From: Eledone cirrhosa
Lineage: Eukaryota
Direction of reading: 5' to 3'
DNA: 64,000 nt
NCBI GenBank assembly: GCA_964016885.1
Contig: OZ024766.1
Location: forward strand, 13,392,001 to 13,456,000
The notes under the pieces were generated by a model. That model was given only the letters and a program-made list of their open reading frames with translations. It had not been told where the DNA came from and did not search any database. Of this stretch, positions 14,601 through 29,200 are shown piece after piece; the first letter of the stretch is position 1, and every line of letters starts with the position of its first letter. A program made the translations under genes and the position numbers.

Positions 14601-17600
14601 CATGAACCTAAATGAATTCTCACCAACATTGGAGTGACTTCTGACAGCTAATACCATGAACTTAAATGAATTCTCACCAACAGTGGAGTTACTTCTGACA
14701 GCTAGTACCATGAACTTAAATGAATTCTCACCAACAGTGGAGTTACTTCTGACAGCTAATACCATGAACTTAAATGAATTCTCAGCAACAGTGGAGTTCC
14801 TTCTGACAGCTAATACCATGAACTTAAATGAATTCTCACCAACATTGGAGTTACTTCTGACAGCTAGTACCATGAACTTAAATGCATTCTCACCAACAGT
14901 GGAGTTACTTCTGACAGCTAATACCATGAACTTAAATGAATTCTCACCAACAGTGGCGTTCCTTCTGACAGCTAATACCATGAACTTAAATGAATTCTCA
15001 CCAACAGTGGAGTTACTTCTGACAGCTAATACCATGAACTTAAATGAATTCTCACCAACAGTGGAGTTCCTTCTGACAGCTAATACCATGAACTTAAATG
15101 AATTCTCACCAACATTGGAGTTACTTCTGACAGCTAGTACCATGAACTTAAATGAATTCTCACCAACAGTGGAGTTACTTCTGACAGCTAATACCATGAA
15201 CTTAAATGAATTCTCACCAACAGTGGCGTTCCTTCTGACAGCTAATACCATGAACTTAAATGAATTCTCACCAACAGTGGAGTTACTTCTGACAGCTAGT
15301 ACCATGACTTAAATGAATTCTCACCAACATTGGAGTTCCTTCTGACAGCTAATACCATGAACTTAAATGAATTCTCACCAACAGTGGAGTTCCTTCTGAC
15401 AGCTAATACCATGAACTTAAATGAATTCTCACCAACATTGGAGTTAATTCTGACAACTAATACCATGACTTAAATGAATTCTCACCAACAGTGGAGTTAC
15501 TTCTGACAAACTAATACCATGAACATAAATGAATTCTCACCAACAGTGGAGTTACTTCTGACAGCTAATACCATGAACTTAAATGAATTCTCACCAACAT
15601 TGGAGTGACTTCTGACAGCTAATACCATGAACTTAAATGAATTCTCACCAACATTGGGGTTACTTTTGCCAGCTAGTACCATGAACTTAAATGAATTCTC
15701 ACCAACAGTGGAGTGACTTCTGACAGCTAATACCATGAACCTAAATGAATTCTCACCAACATTGGAGTGACTTCTGACAGCTAATACCATGAACTTAAAT
15801 GAATTCTCACCAACAGTGGAGTTACTTCTGACAGCTAGTACCATGAACTTAAATGAATTCTCACCAACAGTGGAGTTACTTCTGACAGCTAATACCATGA
15901 ACTTAAATGAATTCTCAGCAACAGTGGAGTTCCTTCTGACAGCTAATACCATGAACTTAAATGAATTCTCACCAACATTGGAGTTACTTCTGACAGCTAG
16001 TACCATGAACTTAAATGAATTCTCACCAACAGTGGAGTTACTTCTGACAGCTAATACCATGAACTTAAATGAATTCTCACCAACAGTGGCGTTCCTTCTG
16101 ACAGCTAATACCATGAACTTAAATGAATTCTCACCAACAGTGGAGTTACTTCTGACAACTAGTACCATGACTTAAATGAATTCTCACCAACATTGGAGTT
16201 CCTTCTGACAGCTAATACCATGAAATTAAATGAATTCTCACCAACAGTGGAGTTACTTCTGACAGCTAATACCATGAACTTAAATGAATTCTCACCAACA
16301 GTGGAGTTACTTCTGACAGCTAATACCATGAACTTAAATGAATTCTCACCAACAGTGGAGTTACTTCTGACAGCTAATACCATGAACTTAAACGAATTCT
16401 CACCAACAGTGGAGTTACTTCTGACAGCTAATACAATGAACTTAAATGAATTCTCACCAACATTGGAGTTACTTCTGACAGCTAGTACCATGACTTAAAT
16501 GAATTCTCACCAACATTGGAGTTACTTCTGACAGCTAATACCATGACTTAAATGAATTCTCACCAACAGTGGAGTTACTTCTGACAGCTAATACCATGAA
16601 CTTAAATGAATTCTCACCAACAGTGGATTTACTTCTGACAGCTAGTACCATGAACTTAAATGAATTCTCACCAACATTGGAGTTACTTCTGACAACTAAT
16701 ACCATGACTTAAATGAATTCTCACCAACAGTGGAGTTACTTCTGACAAACTAATACCATGAACTTAAATGAATTCTCACCAACAGTGGAGTTACTTCTGA
16801 CAGCTAGTACCATGAACTTAAATGAATTCTCACCAACAGTGGAGTTACTTCTGACAGCTAATACCATGAACTTAAATGAATTCTCACCAACAGTGGAGTT
16901 ACTTCTGACAGCTAATACCATGAACTTAAATGAATTCTCACCAACATTGGAGTTACTTCTGACAGCTAATACCATGACTTAACTGAATTCTCACCAACAG
17001 TGGAGTTACCTCTCACAGCTAATACCATGAACTTAAATGAATTCTCACCAACATTGGAGTTACTTCTGACAGCTAGTACCATGAACTTAAATGAATTCTC
17101 ACCAACAGTGGAGTTACTTCTGACAGCTAGTACCATGACTTAAATGAATTCTCACCAACATTGGAGTTCCTTCTGACAGCTAATACCATGAACTTAAATG
17201 AATTCTCACCAACAGTGGAGTTCCTTCTGACAGCTAATACCATGAACTTAAATGAATTCTCACCAACATTGGAGTTACTTCTGACAACTAATACCATGAC
17301 TTAAATGAATTCTCACCAACAGTGGAGTTACCTCTGACAGCTAATACCATGAACTTAAATGAATTCTCACCAACATTGGAGTTACTTCTGACAGCTAATA
17401 CCATGAACTTAAATGAATTCTCACCAACAGTGGCGTTCCTTCTGACAGCTAATACCATGAACTTAAATGAATTCTCACCAACAGTGGAGTTACTTCTGAC
17501 AGCTAGTACCATGACTTAAATGAATTCTCACCAACATTGGAGTTCCTTCTGACAGCTAATACCATGAACTTAAATGAATTCTCACCAACAGTGGAGTTCC

Positions 17601-18340
17601 TTCTGACAGCTAATACCATGAACTTAAATGAATTCTCACCAACATTGGAGTTACTTCTGACAACTAATACCATGACTTAAATGAATTCTCACCAACAGTG
17701 GAGTTACTTCTGACAAACTAATACCATGAACATAAATGAATTCTCACCAACAGTGGAGTTACTTCTGACAGCTAATACCATGAACTTAAATGAATTCTCA
17801 CCAACATTGGAGTGACTTCTGACAGCTAATACCATGAACTTAAATGAATTCTCACCAACATTGGGGTTACTTCTGCCAGCTAGTACCATGAACTTAAATG
17901 AATTCTCACCAACAGTGGAGTGACTTCTGACAGCTAATACCATGAACCTAAATGAATTCTCACCAACATTGGAGTGACTTCTGACAGCTAATACCATGAA
18001 CTTAAATGAATTCTCACCAACAGTGGAGTTACTTCTGACAGCTAGTACCATGAACTTAAATGAATTCTCACCAACAGTGGAGTTACTTCTGACAGCTAAT
18101 ACCATGAACTTAAATGAATTCTCAGCAACAGTGGAGTTCCTTCTGACAGCTAATACCATGAACTTAAATGAATTCTCACCAACATTGGAGTTACTTCTGA
18201 CAGCTAGTACCATGAACTTAAATGCATTCTCACCAACAGTGGAGTTACTTCTGACAGCTAATACCATGAACTTAAATGAATTCTCACCAACAGTGGCGTT
18301 CCTTCTGACAGCTAATACCATGAACTTAAATGAATTCTCA
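11650..18340. repeat. Tandem duplication of a 3340-bp (~62-monomer) block
   Basis: ORF starts 12157/15497, 12819/16159, 13396/16736, 13948/17288 and 14364/17704 all differ by 3340. Private markers GAGTTAATTC (12101/15441), CCTCTCAC (13669/17009) and AATGCATTCT (14881/18221) occur at the same offset. Confidence 0.93.
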
Positions 18341-21300
18341 CCAACAGTGGAGTTACTTCTGACAACTAGTACCATGACTTAAATGAATTCTCACCAACAT
18401 TGGAGTTCCTTCTGACAGCTAATACCATGAAATTAAATGAATTCTCACCAACAGTGGAGTTACTTCTGACAGCTAATACCATGAACTTAAATGAATTCTC
18501 ACCAACAGTGGAGTTACTTCTGACAGCTAATACCATGAACTTAAATGAATTCTCACCAACAGTGGAGTTACTTCTGACAGCTAATACCATGAACTTAAAC
18601 GAATTCTCACCAACAGTGGAGTTACTTCTGACAGCTAATACAATGAACTTAAATGAATTCTCACCAACATTGGAGTTACTTCTGACAGCTAGTACCATGA
18701 CTTAAATGAATTCTCACCAACATTGGAGTTACTTCTGACAGCTAATACCATGACTTAAATGAATTCTCACCAACAGTGGAGTTACTTCTGACAGCTAATA
18801 CCATGAACTTAAATGAATTCTCACCAACAGTGGATTTACTTCTGACAGCTAGTACCATGAACTTAAATGAATTCTCACCAACATTGGAGTTACTTCTGAC
18901 AACTAATACCATGACTTAAATGAATTCTCACCAACAGTGGAGTTACTTCTGACAAACTAATACCATGAACTTAAATGAATTCTCACCAACAGTGGAGTTA
19001 CTTCTGACAGCTAGTACCATGAACTTAAATGAATTCTCACCAACAGTGGAGTTACTTCTGACAGCTAATACCATGAACTTAAATGAATTCTCACCAACAG
19101 TGGAGTTACTTCTGACAGCTAATACCATGAACTTAAATGAATTCTCACCAACATTGGAGTTACTTCTGACAGCTAATAACATGACTTAACTGAATTCTCA
19201 CCAACAGTGGAGTTACCTCTGACAGCTAATACCATGAACTTAAATGAATTCTCACCAACATTGGAGTTACTTCTGACAGCTAGTACCATGAACTTAAATG
19301 AATTCTCACCAACAGTGGAGTTACTTCTGACAGCTAATACCATGAACTAAATGAATTCTCACCAACAGTGGAGTTACTTCTGACAGCTTATACCATGAAC
19401 TTAAATGAATTCTCACCAACAGTGGAGTTCCTTCTGACAGCTAATACCATGAACTTAAATGAATTCTCACCAACATTGGAGTTACTTCTGACAGCTAGTA
19501 CCATGACTTAAATGAATTCTCACCAACATTGGAGTTACTTCTGACAGCTAGTACCATGACTTAAATGAATTCTCACCAACAATGGAGTTACTTCTGACAG
19601 CTAATACCATGACTTAAATGAATTCTCACCAACAGTGGAGTTACTTCTGACAGCTAATACCATGAACTTAAATGAATTCTCACCAACAGTGGAGTTCCTT
19701 CTGACAGCTAATACCATGAACTTAAATGAATTCTCACCAACATTGGAGTTACTTCTGACAGCTAGTACCATGAACTTAAATGAATTCTCACCAACAGTGG
19801 AGTTACTTCTGACAGCTAATACCATGAACTTAAATGAATTCTCACCAACAGTGGCGTTCCTTCTGACAGCTAATACCATGAACTTAAATGAATTCTCACC
19901 AACAGTGGAGTTACTTCTGACAGCTAGTACCATGACTTAAATGAATTCTCACCAACATTGGAGTTCCTTCTGACAGCTAATACCATGAACTTAAATGAAT
20001 TCTCACCAACAGTGGAGTTCCTTCTGACAGCTAATACCATGAACTTAAATGAATTCTCACCAACATTGGAGTTACTTCTGACAACTAATACCATGACTTA
20101 AATGAATTCTCACCAACAGTGGAGTTACTTCTGACAAACTAATACCATGAACTTAAATGAATTCTCACCAACAGTGGAGTTACTTCTGACAGCTAGTACC
20201 ATGAACTTAAATGAATTCTCACCAACATTGGAGTTACTTCTGACAGCTAGTACCATGAACTTAAATGAATTCTCACCAACAGTGGAGTTACTTCTGACAG
20301 CTAATACCATGAACTTAAATGAATTCTCACCAACAGTGGAGTTACTTCTGACAGCTAATACCATGAACTTAAATGAATTCTCACCAACAGTGGAGTTACT
20401 TCTGACAGCTAATACCATGAACTTAAATGAATTCTCACCAACATTGGAGTTACTTCTGACAGCTAGTACCATGAACTTAAATGAATTCTCACCAACAGTG
20501 GAGTGACTTCTGTCAGCTAATACCATGAACTTAAATGAATTCTCACCAACAGTGGAGTTACTTCTGACAGCTAATACCATGAACTTAAATGAATTCTCAC
20601 CAACAGTGGAGTTACTTCTGACAGCTAATACCATGAACTTAAATGAATTCTCACCAACAGTGGAGTTACTTCTGACAGCTAATACCATGAACTTAAATGA
20701 ATTCTCACCAACAGTGGAGTTACTTCTGACAGCTAATACCTTGAACTTAAATGAATTCTCACCAACATTGGAGTTACTTCTGACAGCTAGTACCATGAAC
20801 TTAAATGAATTCTCACCAACGGTGCAGTTACTTCTGACAGCTAATACCATGAACTTAAATGAATTCTCACCAACAGTGGAGTTACTTCTGACAGCTAATA
20901 CCATGAACTTAAATGAATTCTCACCAACAGTGGAGTTCCTTCTGACAGCTAATAACATGAACTTAAATGAATTCTCACCAACATTGGAGTTACTTCTGAC
21001 AGCTAGTACCATGACTTAATTGAATTCTCACCAACAATGGAGTTACTTCTGACAGCTAATACCATGACTTAAATGAATTCTCACCAACAGTGGAGTTACT
21101 TCTGACAGCTAATACCATGAACTTAAATGAATTCTCACCAACAGTGGAGTTCCTTCTGACAGCTAATACCATGAACTTAAATGAATTCTCACCAACATTG
21201 GAGTTACTTCTGACAGCTAGTACCATGAACTTAAATGAATTCTCACCAACAGTGGAGTTACTTCTGACAGCTAATACCATGAACTTAAATGAATTCTCAC

Positions 21301-24300
21301 CAACAGTGGCGTTCCTTCTGACAGCTAATACCATGAACTTAAATGAATTCTCACCAACAGTGGAGTTACTTCTGACAGCTAGTACCATGACTTAAATGAA
21401 TTCTCACCAACATTGGAGTTCCTTCTGACAGCTAATACCATGAACTTAAATGAATTCTCACCAACAGTGGAGTTCCTTCTGACAGCTAATACCATGAACT
21501 TAAATGAATTCTCACCAACATTGGAGTTACTTCTGACAACTAATACCATGACTTAAATGAATTCTCACCAACAGTGGAGTTACTTCTGACAAACTAATAC
21601 CATGAACATAAATGAATTCTCACCAACAGTGGAGTTACTTCTGACAGCTAATACCATGAACTTAAATGAATTCTCACCAACATTGGAGTGACTTCTGACA
21701 GCTAATACCATGAACTTAAATGAATTCTCACCAACATTGGGGTTACTTCTGCCAGCTAGTACCATGAACTTAAATGAATTCTCACCAACAGTGGAGTGAC
21801 TTCTGACAGCTAATACCATGAACCTAAATGAATTCTCACCAACATTGGAGTGACTTCTGACAGCTAATACCATGAACTTAAATGAATTCTCACCAACAGT
21901 GGAGTTACTTCTGACAGCTAGTACCATGAACTTAAATGAATTCTCACCAACAGTGGAGTTACTTCTGACAGCTAATACCATGAACTTAAATGAATTCTCA
22001 GCAACAGTGGAGTTCCTTCTGACAGCTAATACCATGAACTTAAATGAATTCTCACCAACATTGGAGTTACTTCTGACAGCTAGTACCATGAACTTAAATG
22101 AATTCTCACCAACAGTGGAGTTACTTCTGACAGCTAATACCATGAACTTAAATGAATTCTCACCAACAGTGGCGTTCCTTCTGACAGCTAATACCATGAA
22201 CTTAAATGAATTCTCACCAACAGTGGAGTTACTTCTGACAGCTAGTACCATGACTTAAATGAATTCTCACCAACATTGGAGTTCCTTCTGACAGCTAATA
22301 CCATGAACTTAAATGAATTCTCACCAACAGTGGAGTTCCTTCTGACAGCTAATACCATGAACTTAAATGAATTCTCACCAACATTGGAGTTACTTCTGAC
22401 AACTAATACCATGACTTAAATGAATTCTCACCAACAGTGGAGTTACTTCTGACAAACTAATACCATGAACATAAATGAATTCTCACCAACAGTGGAGTTA
22501 CTTCTGACAGCTAATACCATGAACTTAAATGAATTCTCACCAACATTGGAGTGACTTCTGACAGCTAATACCATGAACTTAAATGAATTCTCACCAACAT
22601 TGGGGTTACTTCTGCCAGCTAGTACCATGAACTTAAATGAATTCTCACCAACAGTGGAGTGACTTCTGACAGCTAATACCATGAACCTAAATGAATTCTC
22701 ACCAACATTGGAGTGACTTCTGACAGCTAATACCATGAACTTAAATGAATTCTCACCAACAGTGGAGTTACTTCTGACAGCTAGTACCATGAACTTAAAT
22801 GAATTCTCACCAACAGTGGAGTTACTTCTGACAGCTAATACCATGAACTTAAATGAATTCTCAGCAACAGTGGAGTTCCTTCTGACAGCTAATACCATGA
22901 ACTTAAATGAATTCTCACCAACATTGGAGTTACTTCTGACAGCTAGTACCATGAACTTAAATGAATTCTCACCAACAGTGGAGTTACTTCTGACAGCTAA
23001 TACCATGAACTTAAATGAATTCTCACCAACAGTGGCGTTCCTTCTGACAGCTAATACCATGAACTTAAATGAATTCTCACCAACAGTGGAGTTACTTCTG
23101 ACAACTAGTACCATGACTTAAATGAATTCTCACCAACATTGGAGTTCCTTCTGACAGCTAATACCATGAAATTAAATGAATTCTCACCAACAGTGGAGTT
23201 ACTTCTGACAGCTAATACCATGAACTTAAATGAATTCTCACCAACAGTGGAGTTACTTCTGACAGCTAATACCATGAACTTAAATGAATTCTCACCAACA
23301 GTGGAGTTACTTCTGACAGCTAATACCATGAACTTAAACGAATTCTCACCAACAGTGGAGTTACTTCTGACAGCTAATACAATGAACTTAAATGAATTCT
23401 CACCAACATTGGAGTTACTTCTGACAGCTAGTACCATGACTTAAATGAATTCTCACCAACATTGGAGTTACTTCTGACAGCTAATACCATGACTTAAATG
23501 AATTCTCACCAACAGTGGAGTTACTTCTGACAGCTAATACCATGAACTTAAATGAATTCTCACCAACAGTGGATTTACTTCTGACAGCTAGTACCATGAA
23601 CTTAAATGAATTCTCACCAACATTGGAGTTACTTCTGACAACTAATACCATGACTTAAATGAATTCTCACCAACAGTGGAGTTACTTCTGACAAACTAAT
23701 ACCATGAACTTAAATGAATTCTCACCAACAGTGGAGTTACTTCTGACAGCTAGTACCATGAACTTAAATGAATTCTCACCAACAGTGGAGTTACTTCTGA
23801 CAGCTAATACCATGAACTTAAATGAATTCTCACCAACAGTGGAGTTACTTCTGACAGCTAATACCATGAACTTAAATGAATTCTCACCAACATTGGAGTT
23901 ACTTCTGACAGCTAATAACATGACTTAACTGAATTCTCACCAACAGTGGAGTTACCTCTGACAGCTAATACCATGAACTTGAATGAATTCTCACCAACAT
24001 TGGAGTTACTTCTGACAGCTAGTACCATGAACTTAAATGAATTCTCACCAACAGTGGAGTTACTTCTGACAGCTAATACCATGAACTAAATGAATTCTCA
24101 CCAACAGTGGAGTTACTTCTGACAGCTTATACCATGAACTTAAATGAATTCTCACCAACAGTGGAGTTCCTTCTGACAGCTAATACCATGAACTTAAATG
24201 AATTCTCACCAACATTGGAGTTACTTCTGACAGCTAGTACCATGACTTAAATGAATTCTCACCAACATTGGAGTTACTTCTGACAGCTAGTACCATGACT

Positions 24301-27300
24301 TAAATGAATTCTCACCAACAATGGAGTTACTTCTGACAGCTAATACCATGACTTAAATGAATTCTCACCAACAGTGGAGTTACTTCTGACAGCTAATACC
24401 ATGAACTTAAATGAATTCTCACCAACAGTGGAGTTCCTTCTGACAGCTAATACCATGAACTTAAATGAATTCTCACCAACATTGGAGTTACTTCTGACAG
24501 CTAGTACCATGAACTTAAATGAATTCTCACCAACAGTGGAGTTACTTCTGACAGCTAATACCATGAACTTAAATGAATTCTCACCAACAGTGGCGTTCCT
24601 TCTGACAGCTAATACCATGAACTTAAATGAATTCTCACCAACAGTGGAGTTACTTCTGACAGCTAGTACCATGACTTAAATGAATTCTCACCAACATTGG
24701 AGTTCCTTCTGACAGCTAATACCATGAACTTAAATGAATTCTCACCAACAGTGGAGTTCCTTCTGACAGCTAATACCATGAACTTAAATGAATTCTCACC
24801 AACATTGGAGTTACTTCTGACAACTAATACCATGACTTAAATGAATTCTCACCAACAGTGGAGTTACTTCTGACAAACTAATACCATGAACTTAAATGAA
24901 TTCTCACCAACAGTGGAGTTACTTCTGACAGCTAGTACCATGAACTTAAATGAATTCTCACCAACATTGGAGTTACTTCTGACAGCTAGTACCATGAACT
25001 TAAATGAATTCTCACCAACAGTGGAGTTACTTCTGACAGCTAATACCATGAACTTAAATGAATTCTCACCAACAGTGGAGTTACTTCTGACAGCTAATAC
25101 CATGAACTTAAATGAATTCTCACCAACAGTGGAGTTACTTCTGACAGCTAATACCATGAACTTAAATGAATTCTCACCAACATTGGAGTTACTTCTGACA
25201 GCTAGTACCATGAACTTAAATGAATTCTCACCAACAGTGGAGTGACTTCTGTCAGCTAATACCATGAACTTAAATGAATTCTCACCAACAGTGGAGTTAC
25301 TTCTGACAGCTAATACCATGAACTTAAATGAATTCTCACCAACAGTGGAGTTACTTCTGACAGCTAATACCATGAACTTAAATGAATTCTCACCAACAGT
25401 GGAGTTACTTCTGACAGCTAATACCATGAACTTAAATGAATTCTCACCAACAGTGGAGTTACTTCTGACAGCTAATACCTTGAACTTAAATGAATTCTCA
25501 CCAACATTGGAGTTACTTCTGACAGCTAGTACCATGAACTTAAATGAATTCTCACCAACGGTGCAGTTACTTCTGACAGCTAATACCATGAACTTAAATG
25601 AATTCTCACCAACAGTGGAGTTACTTCTGACAGCTAATACCATGAACTTAAATGAATTCTCACCAACAGTGGAGTTCCTTCTGACAGCTAATAACATGAA
25701 CTTAAATGAATTCTCACCAACATTGGAGTTACTTCTGACAGCTAGTACCATGACTTAATTGAATTCTCACCAACAATGGAGTTACTTCTGACAGCTAATA
25801 CCATGACTTAAATGAATTCTCACCAACAGTGGAGTTACTTCTGACAGCTAATACCATGAACTTAAATGAATTCTCACCAACAGTGGAGTTCCTTCTGACA
25901 GCTAATACCATGAACTTAAATGAATTCTCACCAACATTGGAGTTACTTCTGACAGCTAGTACCATGAACTTAAATGAATTCTCACCAACAGTGGAGTTAC
26001 TTCTGACAGCTAATACCATGAACTTAAATGAATTCTCACCAACAGTGGCGTTCCTTCTGACAGCTAATACCATGAACTTAAATGAATTCTCACCAACAGT
26101 GGAGTTACTTCTGACAGCTAGTACCATGACTTAAATGAATTCTCACCAACATTGGAGTTCCTTCTGACAGCTAATACCATGAACTTAAATGAATTCTCAC
26201 CAACAGTGGAGTTCCTTCTGACAGCTAATACCATGAACTTAAATGAATTCTCACCAACATTGGAGTTACTTCTGACAACTAATACCATGACTTAAATGAA
26301 TTCTCACCAACAGTGGAGTTACTTCTGACAAACTAATACCATGAACATAAATGAATTCTCACCAACAGTGGAGTTACTTCTGACAGCTAATACCATGAAC
26401 TTAAATGAATTCTCACCAACATTGGAGTGACTTCTGACAGCTAATACCATGAACTTAAATGAATTCTCACCAACATTGGGGTTACTTCTGCCAGCTAGTA
26501 CCATGAACTTAAATGAATTCTCACCAACAGTGGAGTGACTTCTGACAGCTAATACCATGAACCTAAATGAATTCTCACCAACATTGGAGTGACTTCTGAC
26601 AGCTAATACCATGAACTTAAATGAATTCTCACCAACAGTGGAGTTACTTCTGACAGCTAGTACCATGAACTTAAATGAATTCTCACCAACAGTGGAGTTA
26701 CTTCTGACAGCTAATACCATGAACTTAAATGAATTCTCAGCAACAGTGGAGTTCCTTCTGACAGCTAATACCATGAACTTAAATGAATTCTCACCAACAT
26801 TGGAGTTACTTCTGACAGCTAGTACCATGAACTTAAATGAATTCTCACCAACAGTGGAGTTACTTCTGACAGCTAATACCATGAACTTAAATGAATTCTC
26901 ACCAACAGTGGCGTTCCTTCTGACAGCTAATACCATGAACTTAAATGAATTCTCACCAACAGTGGAGTTACTTCTGACAACTAGTACCATGACTTAAATG
27001 AATTCTCACCAACATTGGAGTTCCTTCTGACAGCTAATACCATGAAATTAAATGAATTCTCACCAACAGTGGAGTTACTTCTGACAGCTAATACCATGAA
27101 CTTAAATGAATTCTCACCAACAGTGGAGTTACTTCTGACAGCTAATACCATGAACTTAAATGAATTCTCACCAACAGTGGAGTTACTTCTGACAGCTAAT
27201 ACCATGAACTTAAACGAATTCTCACCAACAGTGGAGTTACTTCTGACAGCTAATACAATGAACTTAAATGAATTCTCACCAACATTGGAGTTACTTCTGA

Positions 27301-29200
27301 CAGCTAGTACCATGACTTAAATGAATTCTCACCAACATTGGAGTTACTTCTGACAGCTAATACCATGACTTAAATGAATTCTCACCAACAGTGGAGTTAC
27401 TTCTGACAGCTAATACCATGAACTTAAATGAATTCTCACCAACAGTGGATTTACTTCTGACAGCTAGTACCATGAACTTAAATGAATTCTCACCAACATT
27501 GGAGTTACTTCTGACAACTAATACCATGACTTAAATGAATTCTCACCAACAGTGGAGTTACTTCTGACAAACTAATACCATGAACTTAAATGAATTCTCA
27601 CCAACAGTGGAGTTACTTCTGACAGCTAGTACCATGAACTTAAATGAATTCTCACCAACAGTGGAGTTACTTCTGACAGCTAATACCATGAACTTAAATG
27701 AATTCTCACCAACAGTGGAGTTACTTCTGACAGCTAATACCATGAACTTAAATGAATTCTCACCAACATTGGAGTTACTTCTGACAGCTAATACCATGAC
27801 TTAACTGAATTCTCACCAACAGTGGAGTTACCTCTGACAGCTAATACCATGAACTTAAATGAATTCTCACCAACATTGGAGTTACTTCTGACAGCTAGTA
27901 CCATGAACTTAAATGAATTCTCACCAACAGTGGAGTTACTTCTGACAGCTAATACCATGAACTAAATGAATTCTCACCAACAGTGGAGTTACTTCTGACA
28001 GCTTATACCATGAACTTAAATGAATTCTCACCAACAGTGGAGTTCCTTCTGACAGCTAATACCATGAACTTAAATGAATTCTCACCAACATTGGAGTTAC
28101 TTCTGACAGCTAGTACCATGACTTAAATGAATTCTCACCAACATTGGAGTTACTTCTGACAGCTAGTACCATGACTTAAATGAATTCTCACCAACAATGG
28201 AGTTACTTCTGACAGCTAATACCATGACTTAAATGAATTCTCACCAACAGTGGAGTTACTTCTGACAGCTAATACCATGAACTTAAATGAATTCTCACCA
28301 ACAGTGGAGTTCCTTCTGACAGCTAATACCATGAACTTAAATGAATTCTCACCAACATTGGAGTTACTTCTGACAGCTAGTACCATGAACTTAAATGAAT
28401 TCTCACCAACAGTGGAGTTACTTCTGACAGCTAATACCATGAACTTAAATGAATTCTCACCAACAGTGGCGTTCCTTCTGACAGCTAATACCATGAACTT
28501 AAATGAATTCTCACCAACAGTGGAGTTACTTCTGACAGCTAGTACCATGACTTAAATGAATTCTCACCAACATTGGAGTTCCTTCTGACAGCTAATACCA
28601 TGAACTTAAATGAATTCTCACCAACAGTGGAGTTCCTTCTGACAGCTAATACCATGAACTTAAATGAATTCTCACCAACATTGGAGTTACTTCTGACAAC
28701 TAATACCATGACTTAAATGAATTCTCACCAACAGTGGAGTTACTTCTGACAAACTAATACCATGAACTTAAATGAATTCTCACCAACAGTGGAGTTACTT
28801 CTGACAGCTAGTACCATGAACTTAAATGAATTCTCACCAACATTGGAGTTACTTCTGACAGCTAGTACCATGAACTTAAATGAATTCTCACCAACAGTGG
28901 AGTTACTTCTGACAGCTAATACCATGAACTTAAATGAATTCTCACCAACAGTGGAGTTACTTCTGACAGCTAATACCATGAACTTAAATGAATTCTCACC
29001 AACAGTGGAGTTACTTCTGACAGCTAATACCATGAACTTAAATGAATTCTCACCAACATTGGAGTTACTTCTGACAGCTAGTACCATGAACTTAAATGAA
29101 TTCTCACCAACAGTGGAGTGACTTCTGTCAGCTAATACCATGAACTTAAATGAATTCTCACCAACAGTGGAGTTACTTCTGACAGCTAATACCATGAACT
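17500..29200. repeat. About three copies of a 3876-bp (~72-monomer) unit, one lengthened by an internal 863-bp (16-monomer) duplication to give offset 4739
   Basis: Offset 3876: 17704/21580, 22443/26319, 23105/26981, 24340/28216. Offset 4739: 18366/23105, 19601/24340, 20125/24864. Offset 863: 21580/22443. 3876+863=4739. Confidence 0.88.
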